Shown piece by piece: positions 49,664 through 59,685 of a stretch of DNA of 64,000 nt; the first letter of the stretch is position 1, and each line of letters starts with the position of its first letter. A program made the translations under genes and the position numbers. Origin of the DNA: a bacterium (lineage in GTDB: Bacteria; Verrucomicrobiota; Verrucomicrobiia; Limisphaerales; UBA11358); the NCBI GenBank assembly GCA_021780905.1, contig JAJXXW010000028.1, positions 45,358 through 109,357 of the forward strand, written 5' to 3'. The notes under the pieces were generated by a model. The model was not told the origin of the DNA and searched no databases. It saw only the letters and a list, made by a program, of their open reading frames with translations.

Positions 49664-50794
49664 ATGAGCTTCTGCTTCCCGCGGTTCTGGGCCATCGTCG
49701 TCAAGGAGTTCATCCAGATGCGGCGCGACCGGCTGACCTTCGGCATGATGGTCGGCATTCCGATGATCCAGCTCATCTTGTTCGGCTACGCCATCAACTC
49801 GAATCCCAAGCACCTGCCCACGGCGGTTTATGCGGCGGACAACAGTCCGTTCTCGCGCACCCTTGTCTGGGGCTTGCGCAACAGCAGTTATTTCGACCTC
49901 ACGCGCGAGGCGCACAGCGCGGCGGAAATCCAGAAAATGCTGGCCGAAGGCGAAGTGCAGTTTGCCGTGACCGTGCCGGTGGATTTCTCGCGGAAATTGT
50001 CGCGTGGCGAAAAACCGGAGGTGCTGCTGGAGGCCGACGCCACCGATCCCTCTGCCGTCGGGTTTGCGATGGCGGCGGTAAACCAGCTCGCCACTACCGT
50101 CATCAATCGCGACCTGACCGGACCGCTGGCGAAATTGCAGGCGTCCGCGCCGCCGTTCAACATCGTCGCGCACCAGCATTACAACCCCGAAAGCATCAGC
50201 CAATACAACATCGTTCCCGGCCTGATGGGCGTGATGCTGACGATGACGATGATCATCATCACCGGCCTGGCCATCACGCGCGAACGCGAGCGCGGCACGA
50301 TGGAAAATCTGCTCTCGACGCCGGCGCATCCGGGCGAGGTCATCGTCGGCAAAATCATTCCCTACATCATGGTCGGCTACGTGCAGGTGGCGCTGATTCT
50401 GCTGGCGTCGAGGTTTCTGTTCAACGTGCCGTTCATCGGCAGCGTGCCGCTGCTGGTCGGGCTGACGTTTTTGTTCATCGTGGCGAACCTCGCCGTGGGC
50501 ATCACGTTTTCGACCATCGCCAAAAACCAGTTGCAGGCGGTGCAGATGGCTTTTTTCTTTTTCCTGCCCTCGCTGCTGCTGTCGGGTTATATGTTTCCAT
50601 TCCGCGGGATGCCCGGTTGGGCGCAAGCCATCGGCGAATGCCTGCCGCTCACGCATTTCTTGCGCGTCGTGCGCGGCATTTTACTTAAGGGCAATGGCCT
50701 GACCGAATGCGTGCCGGACCTGTGGCCCATCGCGCTGTTCGTCGCGGTGATGCTGGTCATCGGCATCAAACGCTACCGGCAGACCCTGGATTAA
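49664..50794 (+). CDS. ABC-2 type permease (YbhR/S-like)
   Basis: KEFIQMRRD, LFGYA, ITRERERGTMENLL.TP, LSGYMFP..MP.W, PLTHF. Confidence 0.93.
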   Translation: MSFCFPRFWAIVVKEFIQMRRDRLTFGMMVGIPMIQLILFGYAINSNPKHLPTAVYAADNSPFSRTLVWGLRNSSYFDLTREAHSAAEIQKMLAEGEVQFAVTVPVDFSRKLSRGEKPEVLLEADATDPSAVGFAMAAVNQLATTVINRDLTGPLAKLQASAPPFNIVAHQHYNPESISQYNIVPGLMGVMLTMTMIIITGLAITRERERGTMENLLSTPAHPGEVIVGKIIPYIMVGYVQVALILLASRFLFNVPFIGSVPLLVGLTFLFIVANLAVGITFSTIAKNQLQAVQMAFFFFLPSLLLSGYMFPFRGMPGWAQAIGECLPLTHFLRVVRGILLKGNGLTECVPDLWPIALFVAVMLVIGIKRYRQTLD

Positions 50795-50955
50795 AGCCCG
50801 TGTTGGCTGCCGATTCACCCGGGGCAGCATAACGGGGCTGCGGCCTGCAGCCCAGGGTTGGCGGGCAGGCTCGCCGAGCCGAGCGCGCCGCCATGTCCGT
50901 GAGCGTCTGCCCCAACTCTGATTCCACCGAAGACAGCGGGGAACCTCAAGGCCTT

Positions 50956-52458
50956 TTAAGCCGCAGTCGCCTTGGCGCTGGCAAGGTCATTGCGTCGTTG
51001 TTTAAGGCTCTTGAAAAACTCGAAGCCTTCACGCGTCCGACGCACGAGCACGTCCTTGTCTTGCAGCATGGATTTCAAAATTCGCCACGACGGAGAACGC
51101 GGAATGAGCAACGAGCGTTTCTTGCCGAGGAAATGGAAGCTTCGCTTGTCGAAATAGTATCTGTGATAAAATTCCTCCAGAGATTCAAAAATTTCCTCTT
51201 TTGATGCCGTCGGATATTCCAAAGTGCTTTGCTGAAAGCCGTCACCTTCAACCAAATCGGTCTTGTCTTTCTTGACGAACCAGCCGTTGAGCTTGGCCTG
51301 TTCGTAAAGTTCCGTGCCCGGATATGGCGCGGCGAGCGAAACCTGCAGGCTGAAAACGTCCAACTCCTTCGCGAAATTGATCGTTTGCTCAATCGTTTTC
51401 TTCGTCTCGACTGGCAAACCGAGGATGAACGTCCCGTGAATCACCACGCCGGCCTGATGACAATCCTTTGTGAACTTCCGCATTTCGTCCGTGGTCACGC
51501 CCTTTTTGATGCGCGTGAGCGTCTCGTCGTTGCCGCTTTCGTAGCCGACGAGGAACAGGCGCAGGCCGTTGTCCTTGAAACTTTTGATCGTATCATAATC
51601 AAGATTCGCACGGCTGTTGCAACTCCAGTCCACACCGAGCGGACCGAGCTTCTTCGCGATTTCGCGCGCGCGCGGGAGGTTTGCGGTGAACGTGTCATCA
51701 TCGAAGAAGAATTCGCGCACCTGCGGAAAAATCTTCTTCATGTAGGCCATCTCGTCCGCGACGTTCTGCGGCGAGCGCACGCGATACTTGTGCCCGCCAA
51801 TCGTCTGCGGCCAGAGACAAAAGCTGCACTGCGCCGGGCAGCCGCGGCCGGTATACATCGAGACGTAAGGATGCTGGAGGTAGCCGATGAAATATTTTTC
51901 AATCTCCAAGTCGCGCTTGTAGACATCGGCAACCCACGGGAGCTGGTCCATGTCGGCGATCATTTCGCGCTCGGGATTGTGGATGATCTTGCCGTCCTTA
52001 TTTTTGTAGGACAAACCGGCAATGGTCGAAAGGTCGCGGTCTTCGGCGACTTCCTTGCAGGTGTAATCAAATTCCTTGCGGCCGACCCAGTCAATCGCCC
52101 ACGACGCCTTGAGCGTCTCGGTCGGCAACACCATCGTGTGCGCGCCGACAAAACCGATTTTGGTGTCCGGCCGTTGCTGTTTGATAGCTTCGGCCACTTT
52201 GCAATCGTTCTTCAACGACGGCGTGGAGGTGTTGATGATGACGTGATCGTAGTCCTTGGCGATGGCGAGGCATTTGGCGACGTCGATGTTGTGCGGCGGG
52301 CAGTCGAGCAGGCGCGAGTTGGGCGTGAGCGCGGCCGGTTGCGCGAGCCAGGTCGGATACCAATAGCTGGTGACTTCGCGCCGCGCCTGATACCGCGCGC
52401 CGGCGCCGCCGTCAAAGCCGTCAAAACTCGGTGGTGAAAGATAAAGGGTTCTGCTCAT
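50956..52458 (-). CDS. hpnJ: Hopanoid biosynthesis-associated radical SAM protein
   Basis: PPSFDGFDGGAGARYQ, WYPTWLAQPAA, GRGCPAQCSFCLWPQTIGGH, FFFDDDTFT. Confidence 0.92.
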   Translation of the reverse strand: MSRTLYLSPPSFDGFDGGAGARYQARREVTSYWYPTWLAQPAALTPNSRLLDCPPHNIDVAKCLAIAKDYDHVIINTSTPSLKNDCKVAEAIKQQRPDTKIGFVGAHTMVLPTETLKASWAIDWVGRKEFDYTCKEVAEDRDLSTIAGLSYKNKDGKIIHNPEREMIADMDQLPWVADVYKRDLEIEKYFIGYLQHPYVSMYTGRGCPAQCSFCLWPQTIGGHKYRVRSPQNVADEMAYMKKIFPQVREFFFDDDTFTANLPRAREIAKKLGPLGVDWSCNSRANLDYDTIKSFKDNGLRLFLVGYESGNDETLTRIKKGVTTDEMRKFTKDCHQAGVVIHGTFILGLPVETKKTIEQTINFAKELDVFSLQVSLAAPYPGTELYEQAKLNGWFVKKDKTDLVEGDGFQQSTLEYPTASKEEIFESLEEFYHRYYFDKRSFHFLGKKRSLLIPRSPSWRILKSMLQDKDVLVRRTREGFEFFKSLKQRRNDLASAKATAA

Positions 52459-52477
52459 GAAAAACTGGTTTTAATGC

Positions 52478-53911
52478 TTATTCCGCCTTTTTGGTGTCTT
52501 GGATTTTCTCCAGCAACGCGTCGCGTTCCGCAGTGTCGGTCGTGCCGCAGTGGCTGCCGACATGCGCCGGGTGGCCGTTGGAGCCGGGATCGCCTTCTTT
52601 GCGGCTGAAAGCCCCACGGGCACTCGCCGCTGGCGAGTTGATGATGGCCTTGGCCTCGGCCAGGTGGCCTTTGCCGATGGTCGCGCCGTTGAACGCGCGT
52701 TTCGCCAATTCCGGCGACGCCGGATAAGGCTTCGGTTTCGCGCCGAAGTTGTATTTGAAATTTTTCCAGTTGTCGCCGGACTGGTAATTCGTGCCCAGCG
52801 CGCCGCTGGGATCGTAACCGCAATGCACCATGCAATGTTCGCAGCGCGGATCGCGCGCCTTGCCGTCCACGACGCCGTATTTTTCCCACGGCACCTTGGC
52901 GAGCATTTCCTGATAACCAGGATAGTGGCCGTCCGTCATCAAGTAACAAGGGGCTTTCCAGCCCTTGACGTTGTAGGTCGGGATCGCCCAGGCGGTGCAG
53001 GTCAGCTCGCGCTTGCCGGCGAGAAACTCCTGGTAAACCGGCGTGCCGAAAATCGTGAAGGCCTGGCCCCACTGCTCAATCTTCGCAAACTTTTGGCGCG
53101 TCATGTCGCGCGTGAGGAAAAATTGTTTCGGATCCTTGCCGAGGCGCGAAACCATGTCCTTTTTCGCCGCGTCGTAATCGTAGCCGGGCGAAATCGTGTG
53201 GCCATCCACTTCGAGCGACGAGAGGTATTTGAACATGTCTTCGATTTCCGCCACATCGGTCTCGCGATAAACCGTCGTGTTCGTCGCAACTTGATAGCCG
53301 CAAATCTTCGCCATCTTGATGGCCTCGACACATTCCTTGAACACGCCTTCGCGCTCGACGATCAAATCGTGCGTAAATTCCAAGCCGTCCACGTGAACGT
53401 TCCAATACATCCATTGCGTGGGGCGGATAACGGCTTTTTTCTTCGCCGTGTCATCGGATTGGCGGATGACTTCGGCTTCTTTTTCAGTAATCAATTTTCC
53501 GGCGAGCAGCTTCTGCAGCATCGGCTCAATGGCCGGCGAATAAATTGCCGCGAGATAGTCGCGCATTTTTTTGCGCATGAACATGCCGTTCGTGCAGACG
53601 TAAATCACCCGGCCCTGTTCCAGCAGGCCGTTGATCAGATCTTCGATCTTCGGATAAATGAGCGGTTCGCCGCCGCAGATGGAGACCATCGGGGCGTCGC
53701 ATTCCGCCGCCGCCGCCAGGCATTGCTCCAGGGGCACCATGTCCTTGAGGGACGTGGAGTATTCGCGAATGCGGCCGCAGCCGGTGCAGGTCAGGTTGCA
53801 GGTGTGCAGCGGTTCGAGCTGCAAAACCATCGCAAATTTTGGGGTTTTGCGCAGTTTGTGCTTGATGATGTGACTGGCGATTTTTTTCGTCAGCGCGAAT
53901 GGGAAACGCAT
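52478..53911 (-). CDS. hpnH: Adenosylhopane synthase-type radical SAM protein (DUF3463)
   Basis: LEPLHTCNLTCTGCGRI, APMVSICGGEPL, YVCTNG, PCYL, DPRCEHCMVHCGY. Confidence 0.88.
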   Translation of the reverse strand: MRFPFALTKKIASHIIKHKLRKTPKFAMVLQLEPLHTCNLTCTGCGRIREYSTSLKDMVPLEQCLAAAAECDAPMVSICGGEPLIYPKIEDLINGLLEQGRVIYVCTNGMFMRKKMRDYLAAIYSPAIEPMLQKLLAGKLITEKEAEVIRQSDDTAKKKAVIRPTQWMYWNVHVDGLEFTHDLIVEREGVFKECVEAIKMAKICGYQVATNTTVYRETDVAEIEDMFKYLSSLEVDGHTISPGYDYDAAKKDMVSRLGKDPKQFFLTRDMTRQKFAKIEQWGQAFTIFGTPVYQEFLAGKRELTCTAWAIPTYNVKGWKAPCYLMTDGHYPGYQEMLAKVPWEKYGVVDGKARDPRCEHCMVHCGYDPSGALGTNYQSGDNWKNFKYNFGAKPKPYPASPELAKRAFNGATIGKGHLAEAKAIINSPAASARGAFSRKEGDPGSNGHPAHVGSHCGTTDTAERDALLEKIQDTKKAE

Positions 53912-53914
53912 AGT

Positions 53915-54115
53915 TTATTTGGCGGAGGCGATTTCACTGGAAACGGCCGGGGTCAGATTCGTCGGCTCGGCCGGCGCGTCATTTTTCAAAAAGCCTGGCA
54001 GGAAAAAACTGCCCGGAGAAACGCTCTGGCTGGCATTGATGCCGCTGCAACCGGCGGCGGCCAGCGGCAACGCCGCCGCCAGAGCCAATCGCACAAAATT
54101 CCAGCTTAATCTCAC
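53915..54115 (-). CDS. Small lipoprotein
   Basis: GTG start; RLALAAALPLAAAGC lipobox, then SGINASQSVSPGSFFLPG; ends 3 bp before the hpnH start. Confidence 0.65.
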   Translation of the reverse strand: MRLSWNFVRLALAAALPLAAAGCSGINASQSVSPGSFFLPGFLKNDAPAEPTNLTPAVSSEIASAK

Positions 54116-54167
54116 TTGCCGAGTATAATTTACTTCGTCACGATGGCAACTGCTAATTGATTCCATC

Positions 54168-54923
54168 ATGCCACTGAAACCCCTTTTCCAAAGGATTTTG
54201 ACTGCGGCCGGCCTGCTGATGGCGGCAGCGGTCTCGGCGGCCCCGGCCACCAACCCGGTATTTACAGCCCGGGCCAAGGCCGCCTTTGCGCAGGCCGAGA
54301 AAAAATTTCTGGCCGATACCAATTCTTCCGCCGCCGCCGGCGACCTGGCCCGCACCAGTTTTGATCTCGCGGACTTGGCGATCAATGAAACGCAGCGCGC
54401 GGTATTTGCCCGGCGCGGCATCGGCGTCTGCCGCCCCTGGCTGGCGCGCGAACCGAAATCCGCCCCGGCGCATTATTATCTGGCCATGAATCTTGGCGAA
54501 CTGGCGCAGGCCGAGGCGCCGTCCCTCGCCGCCTACCGGCTGGTGCACGAGGTGGAACGGGAATTCAAAACGGCGGCGGAACTGGACGTGAACTTGGATT
54601 ACGCCGGGCCAGCGCGCAATCTGGGCGAACTCTATTTTCAAGCACCCGGCTGGCCGTTCAGCATCGGCAGCAAGTGGAAGGCGCGCGAATGGTTGGCGCG
54701 CGCCGCCGCTCTCGCTCCGGAGTATCCTGAAAATCTCCTCAACCTCGCCGAGGCGCAGCTGCAATGGTCGGAACCCAAATCATTCGCCGCGACGATTAAA
54801 AACCTGGACGCCCGCTGGCCCGCCGCCCGCACCAATTTTGCCGGCGCGGCCTGGGAGCGGAGCTGGCTTGATTGGAACGCCCGCCGGGCGGCCCTCCTCC
54901 CGGCACCGAAGCGCGCCCCGTGA
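54168..54923 (+). CDS. Secreted TPR-like protein
   Basis: Signal peptide; helical repeats AHYYLAMNLG, AGPARNLGELY..APGWP.SIG. Confidence 0.75.
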   Translation: MPLKPLFQRILTAAGLLMAAAVSAAPATNPVFTARAKAAFAQAEKKFLADTNSSAAAGDLARTSFDLADLAINETQRAVFARRGIGVCRPWLAREPKSAPAHYYLAMNLGELAQAEAPSLAAYRLVHEVEREFKTAAELDVNLDYAGPARNLGELYFQAPGWPFSIGSKWKAREWLARAAALAPEYPENLLNLAEAQLQWSEPKSFAATIKNLDARWPAARTNFAGAAWERSWLDWNARRAALLPAPKRAP

Positions 54924-54989
54924 GGGCGGCTTTTTCGTTCGTGCAAAAGCGGTCGGATGAATTATGCTGGCATCAAAGACCGCCGAAAC

Positions 54990-55574
54990 ATGGCCAAAAA
55001 AATCATCGCCGCGTTAAGCGACTCGACGCTGTTCCTGCGCGAATGGCTCGTGAACCCGCAGCGCACCGGCTCGGTCGCGCCGAGTTCGCCGCAGCTTGGC
55101 GCCGCGATGGCCCGCTGGCTCCCGCGCAACCCCGAAAGTTTTGTCCTCGAACTCGGCCCCGGCACCGGGGCGGTTACCGACGCCCTGCTCAAATACGGCC
55201 TGCGCGAAGACCGGCTGATCGCCATTGAGCACAATGACACGCTGGCCCGGCTGCTTCAGAAAAAATACCCGCGCGCCACGATCATCGCCGGCGACGCCTG
55301 GGAGCTCGACAAACTGCTCGCCACCTTGCCGGAGCCGGTCACGACGGTCGGCGCGGTTATTTCCAGCCTGCCGCTGCTGAATTTTCCCAAGGCCCAGGCG
55401 GACAGGCTTGCGCACAAAATCCGCGCCATCCTCGAACCGCGCGGCCGTCTGGTGCAATACAGCTATCACCTCGTCAAGGACCGCAGCCGGGGCACGGACG
55501 ACTTCCGGCTGCTCGCCTCCAAAATCGTCTGGTGGAACCTGCCGCCCGCGCGCGTCCACGTTTTCCAGAAGTAA
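54990..55574 (+). CDS. Phospholipid N-methyltransferase (PmtA-like)
   Basis: GSVAPSS, VLELGPGTG, ISSLPL, VQYSY, NLPPARV. Confidence 0.85.
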   Translation: MAKKIIAALSDSTLFLREWLVNPQRTGSVAPSSPQLGAAMARWLPRNPESFVLELGPGTGAVTDALLKYGLREDRLIAIEHNDTLARLLQKKYPRATIIAGDAWELDKLLATLPEPVTTVGAVISSLPLLNFPKAQADRLAHKIRAILEPRGRLVQYSYHLVKDRSRGTDDFRLLASKIVWWNLPPARVHVFQK

Positions 55575-55581
55575 CAAAAAT

Positions 55582-55830
55582 GGTTTTCCGCTGTTTCCGG
55601 TGGAATTTGAATTGGGGCGGGCGAAGCTTGCCGGCGGTGAAGTAAAGCATGGCGATGAGGTGGGTGTTGGAACGATAGCCCGGGCTTTGCGTTTGGTGGC
55701 GCTGAAGACCCTGTTTAAGCCTTCCATAAACGCATGGGTCACACCCCACTTCCAGTGCGCCGGAAGAGCCACCGCAGCACCTCGTTGCGCTCGCGATATG
55801 GCAGGAGTTTTTTGGAGCGTTTCCACTTTT
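55582..55830 (-). mobile_element. ISL3-family right-end relic
   Basis: FMEGLNRVFSATKRKAR / GYRS..LIAMLYFTAGKL (frameshifted); end GGTTTTCCGCTGTTTCCGGTGGAA. Confidence 0.75.
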
Positions 55831-55833
55831 CAT

Positions 55834-55940
55834 GTAGCGCCGTCCGTCCCGGCGGCGGGTTGAAAGCACCGTCCCGATGACTTGGGGAGACCGGGCGGCG
55901 AGACGCCGCCGCAACGTGCCGGCGCGGACGCCTGCGCTAC
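55834..55940. repeat. GTAG-type REP doublet
   Basis: GTAGCGC...GCGCTAC ends with an internal hairpin GCGGCG-AGA-CGCCGC. Confidence 0.7.
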
Positions 55941-55958
55941 CTCATTTTCGGAAACGCT

Positions 55959-56729
55959 CTAACTGACAAACTTCGGCTCAAAAACCGGACCGAGGTTGTG
56001 TTTGCGGAGCAACTCGCAGAATTTCGCGATGGCGCACTTTTCGTCCGCGCCGAGGTGAAACTGGATGTGCCACTCGAAATAATCGCGCCGGAAATCCGCG
56101 TCAAACTCCGCGCGCGTCTCGATGATGTGATCCAGCGTCTCCATGCCGAAGCGTTTGGCCTGCCGCAGTTCGCGGCGCAGTTCCGTGTTTTCGACGCCGC
56201 GCCGCAGCGCCCAGACCGCATAAACAAAGGGCAGATTCGTCAGCTCCGACCAAGCGTAGCCGAGGTCGAAAATCTCGTGCCGGTGCGCGGAGCGCTGGAA
56301 TTCAATCGCGGGGTCGCCGATGAGCAGGACAAAATCTTTTTCCCGCGCGGCAGCGTAGTTCGCCAGCGGCTTGAATTCGGGGAAAAGATTTTTTTCCGCC
56401 AGCAGCACTTTCAGCAGGTTGACGCTGGTGAGCGACGCGGGGTCGCAGAAAATCTCCTTCGCCTCGGCCAGCGGCTTTTGGTGAGCCAGAATCACGCTGT
56501 AAACCTCGCCGAGCGAACCGATGGCCACGCCGTCGAGAATGTCGTAGCGGTCGTGGAGCAATACTTCGGTGATGCTGACGAGCGCGGCGTCCAGTTCGTC
56601 GCGCCGGAGCATTTCGGCCAGTCTGGCGGGCGTGGCCAGAATCAATTCGCTGTCCAGATCGCGTGTGAGCGGCGCGGCGTTGAGATAGGGCACGGAGCCG
56701 ATGCGGAATTTTTTTTTGTCGCCGGCCAT
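55959..56729 (-). CDS. mqnA: Chorismate dehydratase (futalosine pathway)
   Basis: RIGSVPYLNAAPL, GEVYSV, SLTSVNL, LLIGD.A, DLG..W..LTNLPFVYAVW. Confidence 0.88.
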   Translation of the reverse strand: MAGDKKKFRIGSVPYLNAAPLTRDLDSELILATPARLAEMLRRDELDAALVSITEVLLHDRYDILDGVAIGSLGEVYSVILAHQKPLAEAKEIFCDPASLTSVNLLKVLLAEKNLFPEFKPLANYAAAREKDFVLLIGDPAIEFQRSAHRHEIFDLGYAWSELTNLPFVYAVWALRRGVENTELRRELRQAKRFGMETLDHIIETRAEFDADFRRDYFEWHIQFHLGADEKCAIAKFCELLRKHNLGPVFEPKFVS

Positions 56730-56734
56730 GATGC

Positions 56735-58228
56735 TCACTTGGCCTTGATCTCGAGGTTGTCGCGCTGGAGCGAGCTGCCCTCGGCGGCGGCGAGGCTGGC
56801 GAGCGACTGGTTGTAATTGGCGAGGGCGCGGATTTCCTGCGAACGCGCCGTGGTCAGCGCGCTTTGCAGTTGGAGCACGACAAAGATGGTGCTTTTGCCG
56901 ACGGCGTATTTTCCCTCTTCGGCCTTGAGCGCGGCCTCGGCGTAGAGGCGCGCCTGCCGGGTGGCGTCCACGCTTTCCCACGCGGATTCGGCATTTTTCA
57001 CCGCGTTGTCAATCTGCACCATGATGTTTTGCTCCAGTTGCTTGAGCTGGAGCAACAGTTGTTTCTCGTTCGCCTTGCCGGCCTTCAACTGGTTGCGCGG
57101 GCCGATGTTGCTCAACGGCATCGTCAACTGTCCGCCGTAGGAATAATAGGGCCGGTTGCCGTCGCCCATCTCATTGAATGAGTCGCGGTATTGGTTGCCG
57201 TCGCCGTTGAAGCCGTAGCTGCCGGTCAAATCCAGTTGGGGGAAAAGCTGGTTGCGATAAAATTTCAACTGGATGCCCTGCTGTTCAACATTCAGCCGCG
57301 CCTGCACCAGATCCGGCCGGCCGGTCATGCCTTTGCCCCAACTGTCCTGTAGGTCGAAAAAATGCCGTTCCGCGGTCATCGCCAGGGTGGGTTCAAGCAC
57401 CACGTCGTGCCATTGGGAATAATTGTCCGTCAGCAGGGTTTTCAAAGTGTTTTGATCCACGGCCAGCGTGTTTTGGGCGGCGATGAGGTTGGCGCGGCTC
57501 TGCGCCGCCTGCGCCTCGTCCTGCTCAATGGTCCCACCGCGTTCGGCCACCGTTCCGACGACCATCCGCTGCTTGTCATCGCCAAGCTGGGTTTCGGCCA
57601 GCGCCAGCGCGTCCCGCTGCACCTGGACGTTTTCACGGGCATAGATGAGTTCGTAATACGCATTCTCCACGGCGGTGACGGTGGTGATGATCTGCTGGCG
57701 CAAACCTTGTTCCGAGTATTTCAGCCGGTTTTTGGCGACCAGAATCGTGAGGCGGTTGTTGTCAATCCAGAAGTTTTTCAGCAGCGGCTGGGTCAGGGTG
57801 ATCCCGAAGGAACCGCCGGAGCTGCTGGTGTAATTGGTGCCGATGGCAATGTGCTGATCTGAAATGTTGCCGCTGGCATCGTAGTTCATGCCCCACGGGG
57901 TGAGTCCGCTGATTCCGGAGCTGAAAGTGTTATTGTTTTCAATCGTGGGAGGGAAAATCTGGCCATACTGGAACAAGGCCCCTTGGTCATTGTAGTTGTG
58001 CGTCCCCCCCAGGTTGAACTGCGGATCAAAGCCGCCGTAAGCCCCTTTCAAATTATAGAGCGATATCTCCGGCACGGTCCGCTCAATCTGCACGTCGAGG
58101 TTGTGCTGGAGCGCCTCGGCAAAGCAATCCTGTAATGACAGCGGGCGCGTTGCCGGCGCGTTGGTCTGCGCGGATGCGAGCGCGCCGAGGCCGGCCAAAA
58201 AAATCAAACTGGCGATAATCTTTTCCAT
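56735..58228 (-). CDS. TolC-family outer membrane protein
   Basis: LSLQDCFAEALQHN, LTQPLLKN, VENAYYEL, YAVGKST..VLQLQ. Confidence 0.88.
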   Translation of the reverse strand: MEKIIASLIFLAGLGALASAQTNAPATRPLSLQDCFAEALQHNLDVQIERTVPEISLYNLKGAYGGFDPQFNLGGTHNYNDQGALFQYGQIFPPTIENNNTFSSGISGLTPWGMNYDASGNISDQHIAIGTNYTSSSGGSFGITLTQPLLKNFWIDNNRLTILVAKNRLKYSEQGLRQQIITTVTAVENAYYELIYARENVQVQRDALALAETQLGDDKQRMVVGTVAERGGTIEQDEAQAAQSRANLIAAQNTLAVDQNTLKTLLTDNYSQWHDVVLEPTLAMTAERHFFDLQDSWGKGMTGRPDLVQARLNVEQQGIQLKFYRNQLFPQLDLTGSYGFNGDGNQYRDSFNEMGDGNRPYYSYGGQLTMPLSNIGPRNQLKAGKANEKQLLLQLKQLEQNIMVQIDNAVKNAESAWESVDATRQARLYAEAALKAEEGKYAVGKSTIFVVLQLQSALTTARSQEIRALANYNQSLASLAAAEGSSLQRDNLEIKAK

Positions 58229-58270
58229 CGGAAACCAGACGCCGGTTCCGGCCAGAAAGTAACCAAAAGG

Positions 58271-59581
58271 TTACTTGGCCGCCGCCGCTTCTGAGAGGGT
58301 GGCGCTTTTTTCCAGCAACTCCAGCACTTTTTCGTGCAGCACCTGCTCGTAAAGCTCGTTCACGCCGTTCCGCTTCTGGAGATCCTTGAGAAACTGGTCG
58401 AAGGGCATCTGATACATCACCGCCAGTTGCTGCGCGCGCCGGAGCACGTCCTCCTGCGTGGCCTGGATTTTTTCCTGCTCGGCAATCCGGCCCACGAGGA
58501 ACGCCAGCTTGACGCGCTCCCGGGCGTTGCCCGCCGCCGCCGCGTAGATCTCGTCCTTCTGCTGCTCGATCAGTTCGCGCGCGATGCCGCGCTGCGTGTT
58601 CTGGCGGACGAGGTCATAAACCACGTTGCGCGTCTCCTGCGCCACCGCCGTCTCCGGCAGGTCAAAATTCACCCGGCTCAACAGTTCGCGGACCACCTGG
58701 CCGCGCACGGCCTTCGAGCGCGAATACTTCAACTCGTTCTCCAGGTCCGTGCGGACCCCGGTCTTGAGCGCCGCCAGATTTTCGGCGCCGAACTTTTTGG
58801 CCAGTTCGTCGTCGAGCGGCGGCAGAACTTTTTCCTTCACCTCGACCAGTTCAACTTCGTAGGTGCCTTTCTTGCCCTGCAATTCCTTCGTGACGAAATC
58901 CGCTGGAAAATCCACATGCACCGTGCGCCGGTCGCCGGCGTTTGCGCCAATTAGTTGCGCGGCAAAACCGGGGATGAACGAACCGTCGTTCGTCTCCACC
59001 CAGAAATTTTTCTGCTCGGTCAAACCCTTCGCCGTCGGCGCGAGTTCGGTGATCGGCTTGCCGTCGCAGGTGCCGGCGTAGTTGACCACCGCGATGTCGC
59101 CGCTGGCGAGCGGGCGGGCGACGGTGTGGTGGCTGGCGTGCTGGCCGCGCAGCAGATCGAGCGCTTTTTCCACGTCCGCATCCGTCACGGTTTTCGCGTC
59201 GAGCGTGGCGGGCAGTCCTTTGTATTCCGGCAGTTGGAATTCCGGCGCGGTCTCGACCGTGGCGGTGAACTGCAAGCTCTGGCCGCGGCCGAACTGCACT
59301 TCCTCGATGTCGGGATGGCCGACCACGGAAATTTTCTGGTCGGCGATGGCCTGGCGGTAGGCGTCGCCGATGAGCTTGCGCTTGGCTTCGTCCTTGATTT
59401 CCGCATCGTATTTTTTCACGACCATCGGCAGCGGCGCCTTGCCCGGCCGGAAGCCCGGCAGCACGGCCTGCTTCTGGTAGTCCTTCGTGACGGCGGCCAA
59501 CGCCGCGTCCACGGCGGTTGCGTCGAGTTCCACCCGCACGAGTTTTTTGCACGGGGCCAAATTTTCAATCGATACGTTCAC
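58271..59581 (-). CDS. tig: Trigger factor
   Basis: PGFRPGKAP ribosome-binding motif, FIPGF, FPADF..LQGK; GTG start at VNVSIE. Confidence 0.95.
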   Translation of the reverse strand: MNVSIENLAPCKKLVRVELDATAVDAALAAVTKDYQKQAVLPGFRPGKAPLPMVVKKYDAEIKDEAKRKLIGDAYRQAIADQKISVVGHPDIEEVQFGRGQSLQFTATVETAPEFQLPEYKGLPATLDAKTVTDADVEKALDLLRGQHASHHTVARPLASGDIAVVNYAGTCDGKPITELAPTAKGLTEQKNFWVETNDGSFIPGFAAQLIGANAGDRRTVHVDFPADFVTKELQGKKGTYEVELVEVKEKVLPPLDDELAKKFGAENLAALKTGVRTDLENELKYSRSKAVRGQVVRELLSRVNFDLPETAVAQETRNVVYDLVRQNTQRGIARELIEQQKDEIYAAAAGNARERVKLAFLVGRIAEQEKIQATQEDVLRRAQQLAVMYQMPFDQFLKDLQKRNGVNELYEQVLHEKVLELLEKSATLSEAAAAK

Positions 59582-59685
59582 GGTAAAATAAAGGTTAAAC
59601 GAGCCGCGCAGGATATATTGTTTGGACAACGAAGGCAAATTGTTTTGATGGCGCAAAGCGGATGATTCCGCTTTCATGTCCGCCG

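Noticed and set aside
55959-56981. 340-aa version of mqnA
   Set aside because: The extension overlaps the TolC gene; the MqnA domain begins at 56729.
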